Positions 11,864 to 25,142 of a stretch of 64,000 nucleotides of DNA are shown one piece after another. The notes under the pieces are model-generated. The model was not told the DNA's origin and did no database searches. It was given only the letters and a program-made list of their open reading frames with translations. A program made the translations under genes and the position numbers. Each line of letters opens with the position of its first letter. The first letter of the stretch is position 1. This stretch comes from Vermamoeba vermiformis (taxonomy: Eukaryota): assembly GCA_045837725.1 (NCBI GenBank), contig JBEWZL010000064.1:248001-312000 (forward strand), written 5' to 3'.

Positions 11864-14047
11864 TTATTTGAGGTTTTGTGCCTCGCGTTTGAGCTCATTG
11901 AACTTTTGATCGTTCGGTCGCTTCACCAACACTCGATTAATCAGTTTGAGTGCGTCATCTGCACGTGACTGATGGATGTACAGCCTCGCGAGGTGCTCCG
12001 TTGACTGTTGCTCGTGCGGATTGATCTCGAGCACTCGTTCGTAGTACTCAGTCGCCGCCTCAACGTCGTGATTTGCCGCCAACACCGCGGCCTTGACACG
12101 GTACCCTTGACCACGGTCTAAGGAAGGTGTTTCAGTGCTTGCCAAGAGTGACTCAATCGCCAAATCTGCGTACTTAATGGCCTCACTGAACTGACCAATG
12201 TCCGACAAAAGTTCAGCGAGCAGAACGTAATTCTTGTTCTCGTTCTTTTTCAACCATTTGAGCGTTGGTTCAAATAAGTGAGCAATGTGTTGTAACTGAC
12301 CAAGACGAGCAAATGAAGAGATCATCTTGCACGTAGCGAACTGTTGCAATGATTCATCTTGAATCCGATCCAAACTGACCGCAAAAAATTTCCGCGCTTC
12401 ATCGGGTTGGCCCTGTCAGGGATCAGCATTATACTCCAGTCTCGTGGGAAAAATAATCGTACCTTTAGTAGCAAAACATTGGCCCGGTTGACAAACAATT
12501 GGATGTCCTTGGGATATTTTTGGATCAGCTCGTCCATATACGGTAGCAACTTGTCGTAATCTTGGCTGTACCGAAAATGTCAGTATTGTCATCACTATCA
12601 TTATAATCTCGCTTACTCGGCCATCTGCAGCGCCACGTTCAATTGGTAAGCAGTCACTGCGTCACAGTACTTCAAGTGACATTCATGCATGGCCCGCAAG
12701 CTCTCGTGTTCTGCGGCGAACTGTTTCAATTTGGCATGGGCAACTGATTGTTTATAAAGAGCTCGCTTGCGCGTTGAAAGAAGTGGTCGTAATGTTAAGG
12801 CCTTTTCATATGCTGATACTGCCTCTTTGTAGTTCTGTACGTGACCTACTGCGTGTCAGTGACATGTGACACGTGTCAAGTCAATGGCCACTACTTACTC
12901 AACGAATCAGCGAGTGCTAAATGTACTGCCGCATCTTGTGGATTGATTTCAATAGCTTTTCTAATTATGTCAAACCCTTGTTCTGTGTTTGTGCCTGAGA
13001 AAACCATTACTCTGCCGAGGTTAGCCATAGCATGTGCATCATTCGGAGTGAGTTTCAAAGCACTTTCATAGAACTCTTTCGGTGACGTGGACTTAGTTAT
13101 CTCGGCAATCTCGCCTAAATAAGTCAAGTACGCGGACCTTGGTTTGGATCCGAGTAACATTTGAAATCGTCTGACTGCGTCATTAAACCTTTCCTAAGGA
13201 CACATTATAACCTTATAATATATATATATATATACTTACGGTGCTAAAATAAGCGTACGCAAGGCATTCGTTGGCGTAGCGCTTCAGATCCAGTTCGTTT
13301 GTGATGGTAGCTTCTGCATCAATCACTGGGACTTCCAAGAACTTTTTCATGGCTTGAATGGCCTCATCATAATTACCCTGCCATCTATAATTAGAATTAT
13401 ATTATAGCTAAGGGTAATACCTTTTCATAAGCGACAGCACCGAGCACAAAGTGAGGGGTCGACAAAGTTGGATCTAGCGCAGTGGCTTTAGTAGCACATT
13501 CAAACGCCTCGTTGATATCTTTTTTAATAAGCAATACAATGCCTATATAATAGTTTGTTAAACTTTTGCTCTTCGCGTAACAGATCCAATAGATGTACCT
13601 TTTTCAGCCCAAGCTACAGCGTCTTTATTATTGTCGCTCAAATTACTATTCGCGCGTTGCAATAGCTCGTTGAGTTTAGTGGTCCTATTATCGCTTTGAT
13701 TGCTCCAAGGCACTGCGAATAGATGCATCTTAGTTGACACAACCGAACTGTTAGGAATAAAAATAATTGTCTTACGTGTAGAATTACTTTCATTTGGTGT
13801 AGTAGAATATAGACGTCTTGATAGTGCCCTTGAGGTTGCTACAGTAATTATTTAATAATTTTTAATTTTTTTCGGGTTGTAAATGCATACCTTTGTTATA
13901 TTTGCTATGGTTACGCGATGTAGATGTCAGATAAAATATGCAATTTTTTGTTTGCGTGCTTGAGGTAAGGGAAGCTAATGGCAGCTTGGATGCTGATCGA
14001 CAGCTTGACGCTTGGCGCAATAAGATAAAATTTAGTCGTTGTAGCAT
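11864..14047 (-). CDS. TPR-repeat protein with predicted mitochondrial presequence, multi-exon
   Basis: R/S-rich, acid-free N-terminus; TPR motifs (YESALKLTPNDAHAMANLG, AIEINPQDAAVHLALA, YERVLEINP). Confidence 0.75.
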
Positions 14048-14399
14048 ATTATAAGGTGGTTATAATTGCTTATACATCGGAAACTGTAAATAAAGCTGAA
14101 CGGCCGAAATTATAACTTAAACACAGCTCTTGATCAGAGAAATCCCCTGCAGCCGAACTAGTTCGCTCCGAAATAGGTGTCAGTACGTGACTGATCTTGC
14201 CGTCTTTGAGTTCTCGGTGCTGAGCGGGAATGGGGGACCCCTAAATGGCCGAAATCTCCTCCTTGTTTAGAGAAATTTCGGATCAAGCGTGGAATGAAAT
14301 TTCGGCCAAATAGATCCAAAAACTTAAAAACACGAAGCCAAAGCTAATTTGATCATCAACAACAAGAAGACAACAAACAAAACAACTGAGATATACAAA

Positions 14400-15328
14400 A
14401 TGCTTTCCTTCCTCCGCTCAACAGCCACTCACCTCAACAAATCCGTTCGACCTGCTTCTAAGGTACTGTACCGATAATAAAGGTTGCGACGGTAGACTGA
14501 CAGTCCTTAGGTGTTCAAAACAACTGCAATGCCTAGCATCTTTGCTACCACGGCAATCCGCACTGTGAAAACTGTATGTAAAACAAACGTAAAAATTAAA
14601 GATCTATTCAGTCTAACTAATAAGCTAATAGGAACCCACCAAATTACAGAACTCAGAGGTTCGTGCTAATTTTACCACAAACGCACCCAGAACTATCTTC
14701 TCGTCTTTCAAGCCGATCCGAAACCTTTCGGTAAGTCACATACCCTTTTGTCACGTACAACCGCATTAGCTAATTTACGAAACAGACCTTCTTCACCGCG
14801 TCAAAGAAGGCAACTACCTTGCAAACACGTGCCTTGCAAACTACGACATCCACAACCCAACCCGCAACTGGCTTCTTCAACAAGCCTCTCTCATTCTGGC
14901 GTAACTGGCTCTTAGTCGCATCAGCAGGCTTCGGTGTCGTTGGTTTGGAGATGATGCTCTTCCAGAACTTGCTCGACACGTACTTGTGGAACAAACTGTT
15001 CTTCTCCAAATCGATGCTGCACACTACCTTCACACCCGAGATTAAGAACTACATTCATACACTCTATGGTATCTTGGGTGCTGTCACCGTTGGCTGGGGG
15101 GCAATGATGTACTATCACGTCAAGAACTCATTCGCCACACGAGACATTCGCGCTTGGAACGCAATTGCTGCCTCAATAGGAATATGGTTTGTTATTGACA
15201 GCGCCTTCTCAATCTCCATGGGCTACTGGCAGAACGCTCTCTTGAACACCGACGTCGCTCTTCTGTTCGCCATTCCTCTGCTCGCCTCTCGAAAATACTT
15301 CAAGAAGATCGAAGGACCCACCGCTTAA
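14400..15328 (+). CDS. Four-TM membrane protein with long mitochondrial-type presequence, 4 exons
   Basis: MLSFLRSTATHLNKSVRPASK... in three small exons; last exon encodes YGILGAVTVGWG...AWNAIAASIGIWFVIDSAFSISMGYWQNALLN. Confidence 0.75.
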
Positions 15329-15398
15329 GCCAACGATGTTTGTACAAAGTAGTTTGTGAATAGTGCTAGTTAAATAAAAACCCGTTTATATATAAAGC

Positions 15399-16569
15399 TT
15401 ACTGGTGGCCCGAGATCTTATGTGGCTTGTATACTTCTTCGATAAGCTTGACTTCTTCGGGAGTTAATTGGATCTGCATTGCTTGGTACGCGTCTTCCAA
15501 ATGTGAAATCTTGCTCGCACCAATGATAGGGGCCGTGATCTCGGGCTTATTTAATAACCACGCTAGTGAGATCTGAGCCATACTCTTGCCCTTCTGTTTG
15601 GCGAGTTGTTCAACGCGATCAACGACCTCGAAGTCGTTCGGATCCGTGTACAGAGTGTCGCTGAATGTGTCAGTCTGAGAGCGAATTGTGTCGCCCTTTC
15701 TGCTTTGATCTCTCTTTCCGCAGAGGAACCCACGAGCTAACGGGGACCAAGGCAACAAACCGACGCCTGTTGATTTGCAGAAAGGAATCATCTCGCGTTC
15801 TTCCTCGCGGTAAATGAGATTGTAATGGTTTTGCATGGTGACGAACTTGGTCAAGCCCTTCATCTCTGCGTAGTGTTGGGCCTTCATGAACTGCCAGGCG
15901 TACATGCTGCTGGCACCAATGTAACGCACTTTGCCAGACTTGACGAGGTCGTGCAGAGCCTCCATTGTTTCTTCAATAGGTGTCTCGTAGTCCCAGCGGT
16001 GAATTTGATACAAATCGATATAGTCCGTGCCTAAACGACGCAACGAATCCTCGACGGCGTGCATGATGTGCTTGCGCGACAAGCCTTTGTTGTTGGGACC
16101 AGGGCCTTGAGGGAAATAACACTTTGATGCAATTACTACATCCTCCCGCTTAGAGAAGTGCTTTTTAATGGCACGACCAAGAATCTCTTCACTGACGCCA
16201 ATAGAGTACATGTCAGCTGTAAACAAAGTGAGCAAAATGGAAAGGAGGATCAGATCGAATAGAAAATCGAAATTAAAACTCTAAAAAATACATATAAATA
16301 AATATGCAGGCCATTAATGATTACTTGACCGGTGTCATAAAAATTAATGCCCATCTCGACAGCTTTTGCAATAATAGGCGCGGCTTGCTCCTCCGTCAGG
16401 ACCCAAGGACGCCATTGAGGGTCTCCATAAGTCATGCAACCAAGGCTACGACGATAAGTACATTAATATTGCCCCGCGGGATGCATCCGACATATGCTTA
16501 CCAGATGCGCGATACCTTTAGGCCAGTGTTGCCCAAGCGAACGTACTGCATTTTATATTCTGACGCCAT
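15399..16569 (-). CDS. Aldo-keto reductase (YajO/aryl-alcohol dehydrogenase-like), 3 exons
   Basis: MQYVRLGNTGLKVSRICLGCMTYG, GINFYDTADMYS, SLRRLGTDYIDLYQIHR, GKVRYIGAS, PWSPLARG. Confidence 0.92.
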
Positions 16570-16858
16570 ACTGAAGATAACAAGCGTGTTGTTGTCTTCA
16601 ACAAACCAAATAAATTGAAAACAGTGAATAGGTTTTGCACGCACCGCAACCAAGTTCATACCTACAAGGAAAATAGAATCAAGATTTCGCACCCAAGTTA
16701 AACCTACAATCACCCAGAGAGCATGAGAAAGACAAACATATACATTAAGGGGTTTTTTATTTTGTTACAGTCCTCGGTAGTGTGCTATTAGACACCTCCT
16801 CGGATAGGGTCTGTAAAATCTACAAAGGGGGTTGTTCAATTCGCGTCTTACGACTCTC

Positions 16859-19832
16859 TTAGAGTTCGGAGACAGTGGGGCCCTTGGCTGAAGGGGCGGC
16901 ACCGAGCAAACCTTGGGCAGTGTTGAACAAGTTGATGGGTGAGTTACCATCAGTGACCAAGAATCCCTTGAGGCCAAGACCTTGGAGCAACTTGACTTGC
17001 ATCTCAGGGCCGGCTTGGGCGATTTCTTGGATGGTATCAGAGCCGATAGCATCAACGATTTGAGCGAACTTCTCGGACTCGATTTCAGCCAACTTGCGAG
17101 CGCGTTCAACTTCCAAATCGTTCAAAGCCTTCTTGTGAGTGACTTCGGAAGTGTTCTTGGCCTTGGATTGAGACAATTCAGACTCAGCCTTAATCTTGGC
17201 GGCTTGAGCGTGGAGCTTGGCTTGAGTAACAGCGGCTTCACCCTCAATAGTAGCGGCTTCAGCGCGAGCCTTAGCTTCGGCAGCGGCTTGACCAGTGGAC
17301 TCGACGGCAGCTGATTGAGCTTGCAATTGCAAGAGTTCCTTTCGGGTCTTCTCAGCTTCAGCTTCGTCATTGATCTTTTGACGCTCGAGTTTACCACGGG
17401 CCTCTTGTTCACGTCGTTCAGCCTCGTGTCTGGCAGCGGCTTCTTGAGACTTGGTGGTAATCTCAATAGCCAATTGGACGGACTTTTGCAAGGCATCACG
17501 AGTACGTTGGTCGACAGGCTCGACGGATTGAATATCAACGTTAGTGATGACCAACTTGTTGGCAGAGAATTGGAATCTGTTGCGGATGGTGCCATCAGGG
17601 TCAGTGCCGAAGACGGCCTTGCGAATGATTTGAGCAGAGTTTCTGTGGAAAGTGTCGAAGCTGTGAGCGGCAACGGTACCACGAACTCTGGAGGCGATAG
17701 CCTTGCAAGAGTCACCGATGAAGTCAGGAACTTGGAAGATTTGTTCGGCATCGGCAGCGCTTTCTCTGTTGACATCGAAGAACCAGTTGTATGACAACTT
17801 CAATGACAAACGAGCGTGATCGGAGGTCTCGACGACGACAACGTCAGTCATGAAGTCAGGGCCCAAGAGCAAGGCAACAGACTTGATTTGATCAGGTCGC
17901 TTGGGAACATCACCGGAGAGAGACAAAATGGTGAATTGCTCATCAGGACCCAACATGACCAATTCAGGGCCAAAGACGACGCGAGCCTTCTTAGCCTTGT
18001 AGTCATAGATTTGAACGGCAGAGTTGTGAGGAGTGCGGAAAGTGACGACACGGGTTCTGTCGCGCTTGGCAGAAGCACCGGGAGCGCCCTTGGCAAGTTC
18101 CTTTCTGTCGCGAGTCATTTCCTTGCTGAGCAATTCTTCGACAACAGCAGGAAGTTCCTTCTCCCAAAGTTCTTCGTTGGGCTTCAACATGTAGCTGACA
18201 CCCTTGATCATGACGACCTTACCGGTCTTGATGTCTCTGACGTAGATACCCTCGTTTTCGTCGAGAGGGATGGCACGACGTCTTTCGACGATTTCGACTT
18301 CAACGTCGGGGATGAAGTCGCAAGGACCGTAGATCATCCAGCGGTCACCAGGCTTCTTCTCTTCCTTGTTGAATTTGCAGTGTTCACGAGCACGGAGCAA
18401 GAGAGCTTCTTCGGCGTCCAAGACGTGAATGTTTTGAATGCCAGATTCCAATCTTTCGTTGGGCTTCAAGAAGAAAGACAATTCTCCCTTTCTGAGTTCG
18501 CGCTTGCCCAATTGAGGCTTGCCGTCAGCACCGACGGGGTCCAAGACGACGCAGTATTGGCGAGAAGTCAAAGTGGTGATCTTGACTTCACCGACAACCT
18601 TTTCGTAGACGTCGGGAATGTGTGTTTCAGCGTCGTTGAAGGTGACCAACCATTCTTCACCGGCCTTTCTGGTCTTGCCGAATCTGTCCTTGAAGGTTTG
18701 AACGGCAGAGAGGTGAAGAGCCTTCTTGTCAGTCAAAACGTAAGCAGAGACGGTTTCAACAACTTCTTCGTTAACGTCGGGCAAGTAAGCACCGGCTTCA
18801 GAAACCAACCACTCTTCACCGGCACGTCTGGCAACACCGGCGCTAGTGAACTGTAATAACAACGTTATTAATTGATCCAAGCAAAGAAAGAGCAGAAAAA
18901 AGTACAAATTGGATTTGAAAAGAGTCTTACCTCCTTGCGGGCACGGAGTCTGAGGGCTTGGTTAGGCTTAATAATGATGGCGCGAACGATTTCAGCGACT
19001 TGAACCTCAACTCTGGGGTTGTAGGTACCTAAAATAAATAAGGTCTTAGATATTTTGGGCCAATAACGGATTTTGAATCAAGTTCCAAGAAAAGTTCAAG
19101 AAAAGATAGCTTGCTTAAAATCAAATATTGTGGATATTATATTGGTAGTTAGATTATAAATAATACTTACCAGGTCCCTTGAACAACCATTCATCACCAG
19201 CGAGTCTCTTAGTTCCATCAGCTTCCTCGAAGTCTCTGATAGCACGGAGTCTCAAGGCAGTGTTGGGAGCAACGACTTGCAAAGGAGAAACCTTTCCGTA
19301 GAGCTTTTCACCAGGGTAGAGAGGGAAAGGTTCTTGTTCGAATCGAATCTCCTCATCTCCGTGGCGAAGCTTAACTTGACCCTCAGCATCGACAGCAACC
19401 TTCTTAGCAGCGTCTCTGTTAAATTTAATGCATTAGTCAGCTATCCAGTAAACTCAATCCAGAAACGCCTTATTTTAGGCCGAATTCCAGTAAAAAGTTG
19501 AATAAAGACTAAACCGTTGATTTATCAAAATATCAGTACTAATGGTATTTATATTAATCAGATTACGATAATAAATTGATGAGAAGCGAAATTAAATTTT
19601 AAACTGCTAAATCTTTTTACCTAACGACGGGGTTTGCAATAATGCAGTAGTGGCGAGGAGGGATCATAACCATAGGCTCGGGACCAGCAACGACGATTTC
19701 GTGGTCTTGTCTTGTGAAGGTCTTAGGTCCTACCTCAACACGAGTAACGTTTGTGTTGTTATCCAAAACATGGATGTAGTGGTAGGGCTTAATACGAATC
19801 ACAGAGGCTCCAGAAGCAACAGGCTTAGACAT
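16859..19832 (-). CDS. MVP: Major vault protein, multi-exon
   Basis: Vault repeats ([22 protein letters not shown]), shoulder domain GPDFMTD...ETSDHARL, cap helix [30 protein letters not shown]. Confidence 0.97.
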
Positions 19833-20645
19833 ATTTTGATATTGACTAAAGGTGCTTTTTTGCGTTGTTGTTTGGTCTGTGAAGAAAGATAAAAATAACA
19901 AAAAAATTCGAGCTGAAAAATTTGGTCTTTTTTTGTGTCTATTTATGGTCTTCGTGTGCAAGCCAGAAAAAACCACGAACCCAAAAAAATCAATCTCCGA
20001 CGTTTTTCTTCGGAGCAGTCTTTACTCCACATGAATTCTGGATATCTTGGTCTTGTGGTTGCTGTTCTCAGATCTTCCACATCCACCCTGCTTGCTCGAT
20101 CTTTACCGTATCCACAAACTGGTTGCAGCTTTGGCCTTGCATTGGCATTGTGGACGAACTTTAGCACTCTCAGTATGCACGTGATGTTTCAATCGTTGTA
20201 GATCATGGTTTTAAGCTGCGTTCCAAGGAAGGCAACCCTTCGGTCAGTTTTGAATCCCTTAATTGTAGCTAAAAGACGAAATTTGTTGAGCTTCTCCTTA
20301 AAATTAATCTCCTATTCCTCCATTTTACTACCACCCTTACTATTATCCTATTTTTATTTGAGGCGTAACGTCCACAAATTGAAATTGTTATGAACGGTTT
20401 ATTGAAAATATCAGCGATCTAATTTTATTTTCAATTCGTCTGGCTCGTTCATTCATACCCAGACCTAAATTACCACGATAAGGCTCCATTTAAATACTAG
20501 TATTTTTCTTAGAACCTGCTGTGAGCGGATTTGAATCTGAGGAGAGAGCTGCTCTTACCTCTGTAAAGCAAAACCAATTTTTCTCTTTTAATTCTATGGA
20601 GGGAACTAAATAACGCCCACATTTATTTACATCAATGACAAGATC

Positions 20646-22631
20646 TTACTTATCAATTATCTCAATGGGTTCTCGGGGATCTGAAGGCTGATTAGAGGTG
20701 CCGTTTGCGTTACTATTATTTACAATTGATATGGTGTTTGTAGTTGTAGTGCCTCCCGTTGAGCTCGCACTTCCTGTCGCAGGGGTACTTGCGATCTGCT
20801 GATAGTAGTACTGCTGCAAGATTGTTTGCACGATTTTGAAGCCCAGCTCGTGCAAATACTCTTTGGACTCTTTAAACTTGACGGTATTTCCTGACTGCAA
20901 GGTCATTGAGGGAGCTGTTCTTTCTTTAGTCTGATCTCTTTTGTCGGTTGACCCTGATCGAGCCGGCTTAGTTTCAGTGTCACTCTTGGCCACGGGAGTC
21001 GGTTTTATCGCAGGTATCTTAGTTGTAATCGCGATAGGCTCTTTCTTCTTCTTTTCAGTGTCCGCACCAATCGAGGAGGCGGTGAACACGACCTGCTTTT
21101 CCTTATCTGGCCCTGAATGCGTCCAGCTCTTCAATGTCGAAGTAGTCGTCACAGGTTTCGAAGCGTTATTGATAATGGATTGAGTTGATGAAGAGGCTAC
21201 AAGATTCGGAGCTGGAGTGACTGCAGCAGTGGGCACGGGCATTGGTTGAATTGGCTTGAGTGCGGATGATTGTGCCTGTTGTTGCTTCTGTAACTGCACT
21301 TGAAGTTGATACTGCTGTTGCAAATAATCTTGCACAGCTTGTTGTTGCTGTTGATACCTACAGAGGAGGATGAGATCGGAATAAAGACATGGTCATATTC
21401 AGCGATCTAAATGATGTTCGTTGACTTACTGCCTCATCTGATAGCTCTGGAGAAGCTGATTGTAGAGCAATTGTTGTTGCAATGCCAGTTCTTCTTGAGC
21501 AGTGTAGGGGTAGTTCCCAGTGCGTCCAAAATTGGCGCCGCCGAATTGACCTGCACTAATCGCACTTAATGCTGCACGGGTCGCTTGCTCGCCATAAGCG
21601 GCAGTATCAGTCAAGCTGCTAAGTGGTGGTATTTGATATGCATTAGAGGAAGCTGTCGTGGCTGGTGCTGTTGCTGCGGATGTGGCACTCTTCGTGTCGT
21701 TGTTTGCATTCTTGTTATTAAAGCTGATTGTTGCATCTGATTTGCTCTATAATATAGTTTGTTAAAATATATCACAAATATTGTTCTTAAAATGATAGTG
21801 CAGAACAAATTACGGCAGGTTGAGATTTGTAACGGTTACATGGAACGTGTGTCAGATCGGGTCTTTAAGCAACACTTACTTGATTTGTAATTGTCATTTC
21901 AGGTGCTTGTTTCTGAATAAGCTCTTTGAGTGCCGAGCTAGTCACGGAGGGGTTCTTGGCGACGACACCACTAAAGACCTGATCCTGCAAGCAGATCGAG
22001 ATCACGTATGTGCCCGAGTGTGGTCCGTCAATAACTCCAAAAAATTCACCAAAATCAAAAATCGAGCCTTTGAATGCTTTGTTTTTGATGTCAGGCGATG
22101 AGCCGCTGTTCAGTATGCTATTAATAATGGCAAGGTTCGGATTTGTTGCAGATTCGTCTGCTTTTGCACTAGCAGGTTGAGATTGAGGTGCGTTTTCTTT
22201 TTGTGGAGATGAATTTTCCAAATCAATAACTGAAATAGAGATCGTTAATACATTATGCAGTTGGCGGTAATTCTTTAAGGGATCATAATTTTGAAACACT
22301 CCCGAGCGCAAAATTAGATAATGATTAAGAATATGATAGGGCTATATTTATAAATAATATTTTGGAATATTTTAATTTTCTATCGCGGGCTCGGAGTGAA
22401 TATCAAAAAGATTACAAATTAGGCAAACTACAACGGAGATAAAATTATTACATTACCTTCAATATCTTTATTTTGAGCAGTGCTGGCAGAAGGCGAATTA
22501 TTGTCAGTCTTTTGAGCCTTAGTTGGTCGCGGATCTATCGTTTCAGTCGCTTTACGCTTTGACGAGTCAGCTGAATCCGCTTCCATTTTATTGCTTTCGT
22601 CAACGCTCGAATTCTCTGATTTATTCGACAT
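20646..22631 (-). CDS. Low-complexity Q/S/T-rich putative nuclear protein, multi-exon
   Basis: Spliceable exons from MSNKSENSS; KRK NLS-like patch; compact beta segment FFGVIDGPHSGTYVISICLQDQVFSGVV; poly-Q tracts. Confidence 0.6.
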
Positions 22632-22755
22632 GATGGCGGCTAATTGTTGTGCTCCAGAGACAAAATAGAACAAACTAGTTACGATTCGAGCACGTGACAC
22701 ACCTCCGAGCCAAGGTTGGTTGATTTTTTTTTGCATTATTTCAACAAGCCTGTTG

Positions 22756-24995
22756 ATGAACAACAAAGACCAACATGAAAATGGAGCTGTAAATAATAAT
22801 AATTTTGCAGCCACCCCTAATACTTCTGACTCTGAAAGCAACAAAGAATCGCCTACTTCCTCCGGAACTACATCTGGTGTAGGACGTTATATTCCTCCTC
22901 ATTTACGAAAGAAAGTGCTACTTGTTCAAGAAAATAATAATGACAACTTAGAGAACGCACCTGTTTCTAAAAGAGACGATCGAGTAGTAATAGGCAAATC
23001 TAGAAGCAAGAGACCAGCTGAAAAGCCGTCAAATCATAGCCCATCGCCCGTTGGAGCCACACCACAGGCTTATGGTCCTGATGGCCTAATGCCTCGCGAC
23101 ATCCGTGCTGAGCGAGAGTTGTTTCCAAACGTCGAATCGTTTTCTTCCTTCACCTACGAAAGATTCGAATACGACATACCTGTGCAAGCTTTTGGTGACG
23201 ATGTTCCTGCGCCTATTCAGCGCTTTGAAGATGCTGAACTGGGACCAGTCGTTACCAATAATATTAGCTTGGGCCGGTATACCACAATTACGCCAATCCA
23301 AAAATACGCCGTGCCTGTTATATTAGAAGGACGCGATTTGATGGCTATCGTTGAGACAGGTAATTAATTTATTTAATAATTAGAATAATTGAAGAAAATT
23401 CTTTTCCTAATTGAAAATTCTCGTAGACTACTACACCTTTTGGTTCTTCGTATAGTCGTTTAATATCATTATATATTATTAGGATCTGGCAAGACAAATG
23501 CGTACTTGTTTCCTATTGTCGCAAAACTTTCGCGTGTAGACCAAACCTCGAAGCCTGCCGTAAGTACTTTCTGACTAATTTAAATTTCATTATTATATTG
23601 AACTCAAACTCTTTTATCCACAGATTACTAAAAAGGCCACTCCTAAGTGCTTGATTTTGGTCCCTGTCCGTGAATTGGCCTACGGGATCCATCACGAAGC
23701 TCGCAAGGTATGTTAACAACTATACGAACAGCTGTTAGTTATTCATAGGCAATTTTTGCTTGATTTTTTAACTAACAGCTCATTTGTAGTGCTGTTATCG
23801 CTCTCATTTGAAGACAGCTGTGGTGTTCGGAGGTGCACCTGTTGGCGATCAGATCAAACAGCTCGCACACGGCTGTGACATCTTGGTCGCTACTCCTGGC
23901 CGTTTAGTCGATCTACTTGACCGCTCAGTGCTATCACTTTCCGAGATCAAGTACTTTGTCTTGGAGGAAGTTGATCGCTTGCTGGACATGGGCTTTGAAC
24001 CGCAGATCCGACGCATTGTTGAAGAGAAGGACATGCCCGCTGTGGGTGTTCGTCAAACGCTTTTGTTCTCTGCTACCTTTCCCAAGGAGGTTCAGCGCTT
24101 GGCACAAGATTTCTTGTACGACTACATCTTGTTGCGCGTCGGTCGTGCTGGGTCTTACAACCACGGACTCGATTTCCTAACTCAAAAGATTTTGTATGTC
24201 GATGATGACGACAAACATAGTGCTATTGTTGATACATTGGGTGCTGTTGATGGTTTGACTCTTGGTAAGTGCTTTATTTATCTTATTATAGTTCTACTGG
24301 TAATTCACTATGACTGATACAAATATTTTATTATAGTCTACGTGAACACGAAGAGAGGTGCCGAAGAACTAAACAATTATCTCATTGGCATTGGAATGCC
24401 TTCCACCTGCATCCACGGTGATCGAAATCAACCTGAGCGTGAACAGGCCTTGAAAATGTTCCGTCAAGGCGCGAAACCCATTCTTGTTGCCACAGATATT
24501 TCGGCACGTGGTTTGGAAATTCCTAATGCAGCACACGTGATCAATTATGATTTTCCTCACAGCATTGACGACTATGTTCACCGGATTGGTCGCACTGGTC
24601 ATGTAGCCGGCAAGGGCTTAGCAACAGCCTTCTTCAATGAGAAAGACAAGGCCATTGCCAAGGACCTCGTTGAGACCTTGGAGCAGTCGGGCCAAGAGGT
24701 CCCTGGCTGGCTCAGAGAGTATGCTGTTGAAGCAAACAGAGGCCCAGACAATAGTCATCGTGGCCGTGGAGTACGCGGTGGTCGTGGTGGCCGAGGCCGT
24801 GCAGGCAGCCGTGGTTATGGAGCTCGTGCGAGTGGCAGAGGCTACGGCGACATTCACTATGAACTACCTCCTGCTGAGGGACAGAACGATCACGAGATGA
24901 ATGATCGTACTGACAACAATCACGTGTCCTTCTCGTTCAATGCTGGCAGCAACAGCGGCAAATACAGTGGTGGATCGAACACCAATTGGTGGTAA
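22756..24995 (+). CDS. Ded1/DDX3-family RNA helicase paralog with altered catalytic motifs
   Basis: YIPPHLR, Q-motif TPIQ, TGSGKT, ATPGRL, SAT, RGG tail, terminal WW; motif II reads EEVD. Confidence 0.9.
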
Positions 24996-25142
24996 AGGTT
25001 GAGTGACGACTTGTGAATGAAGACAAGCCAGGTAATGAAACCTTGTTCGTGCGGTAGATCTTTGCTTGGTTGGTTCACCAGTCGTGATTTATTTTGACTC
25101 CAATCAAATGGGTCAGGTAATAAACGCCACTATTTTACTTTA

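Noticed and set aside
17816-18856. 346-aa and other antisense ORFs over MVP
   Set aside because: Shadow ORFs from strong codon bias of the sense gene; no motifs.
20006-20640. Vault RNA near MVP
   Set aside because: No convincing Pol III box A/box B pair found.
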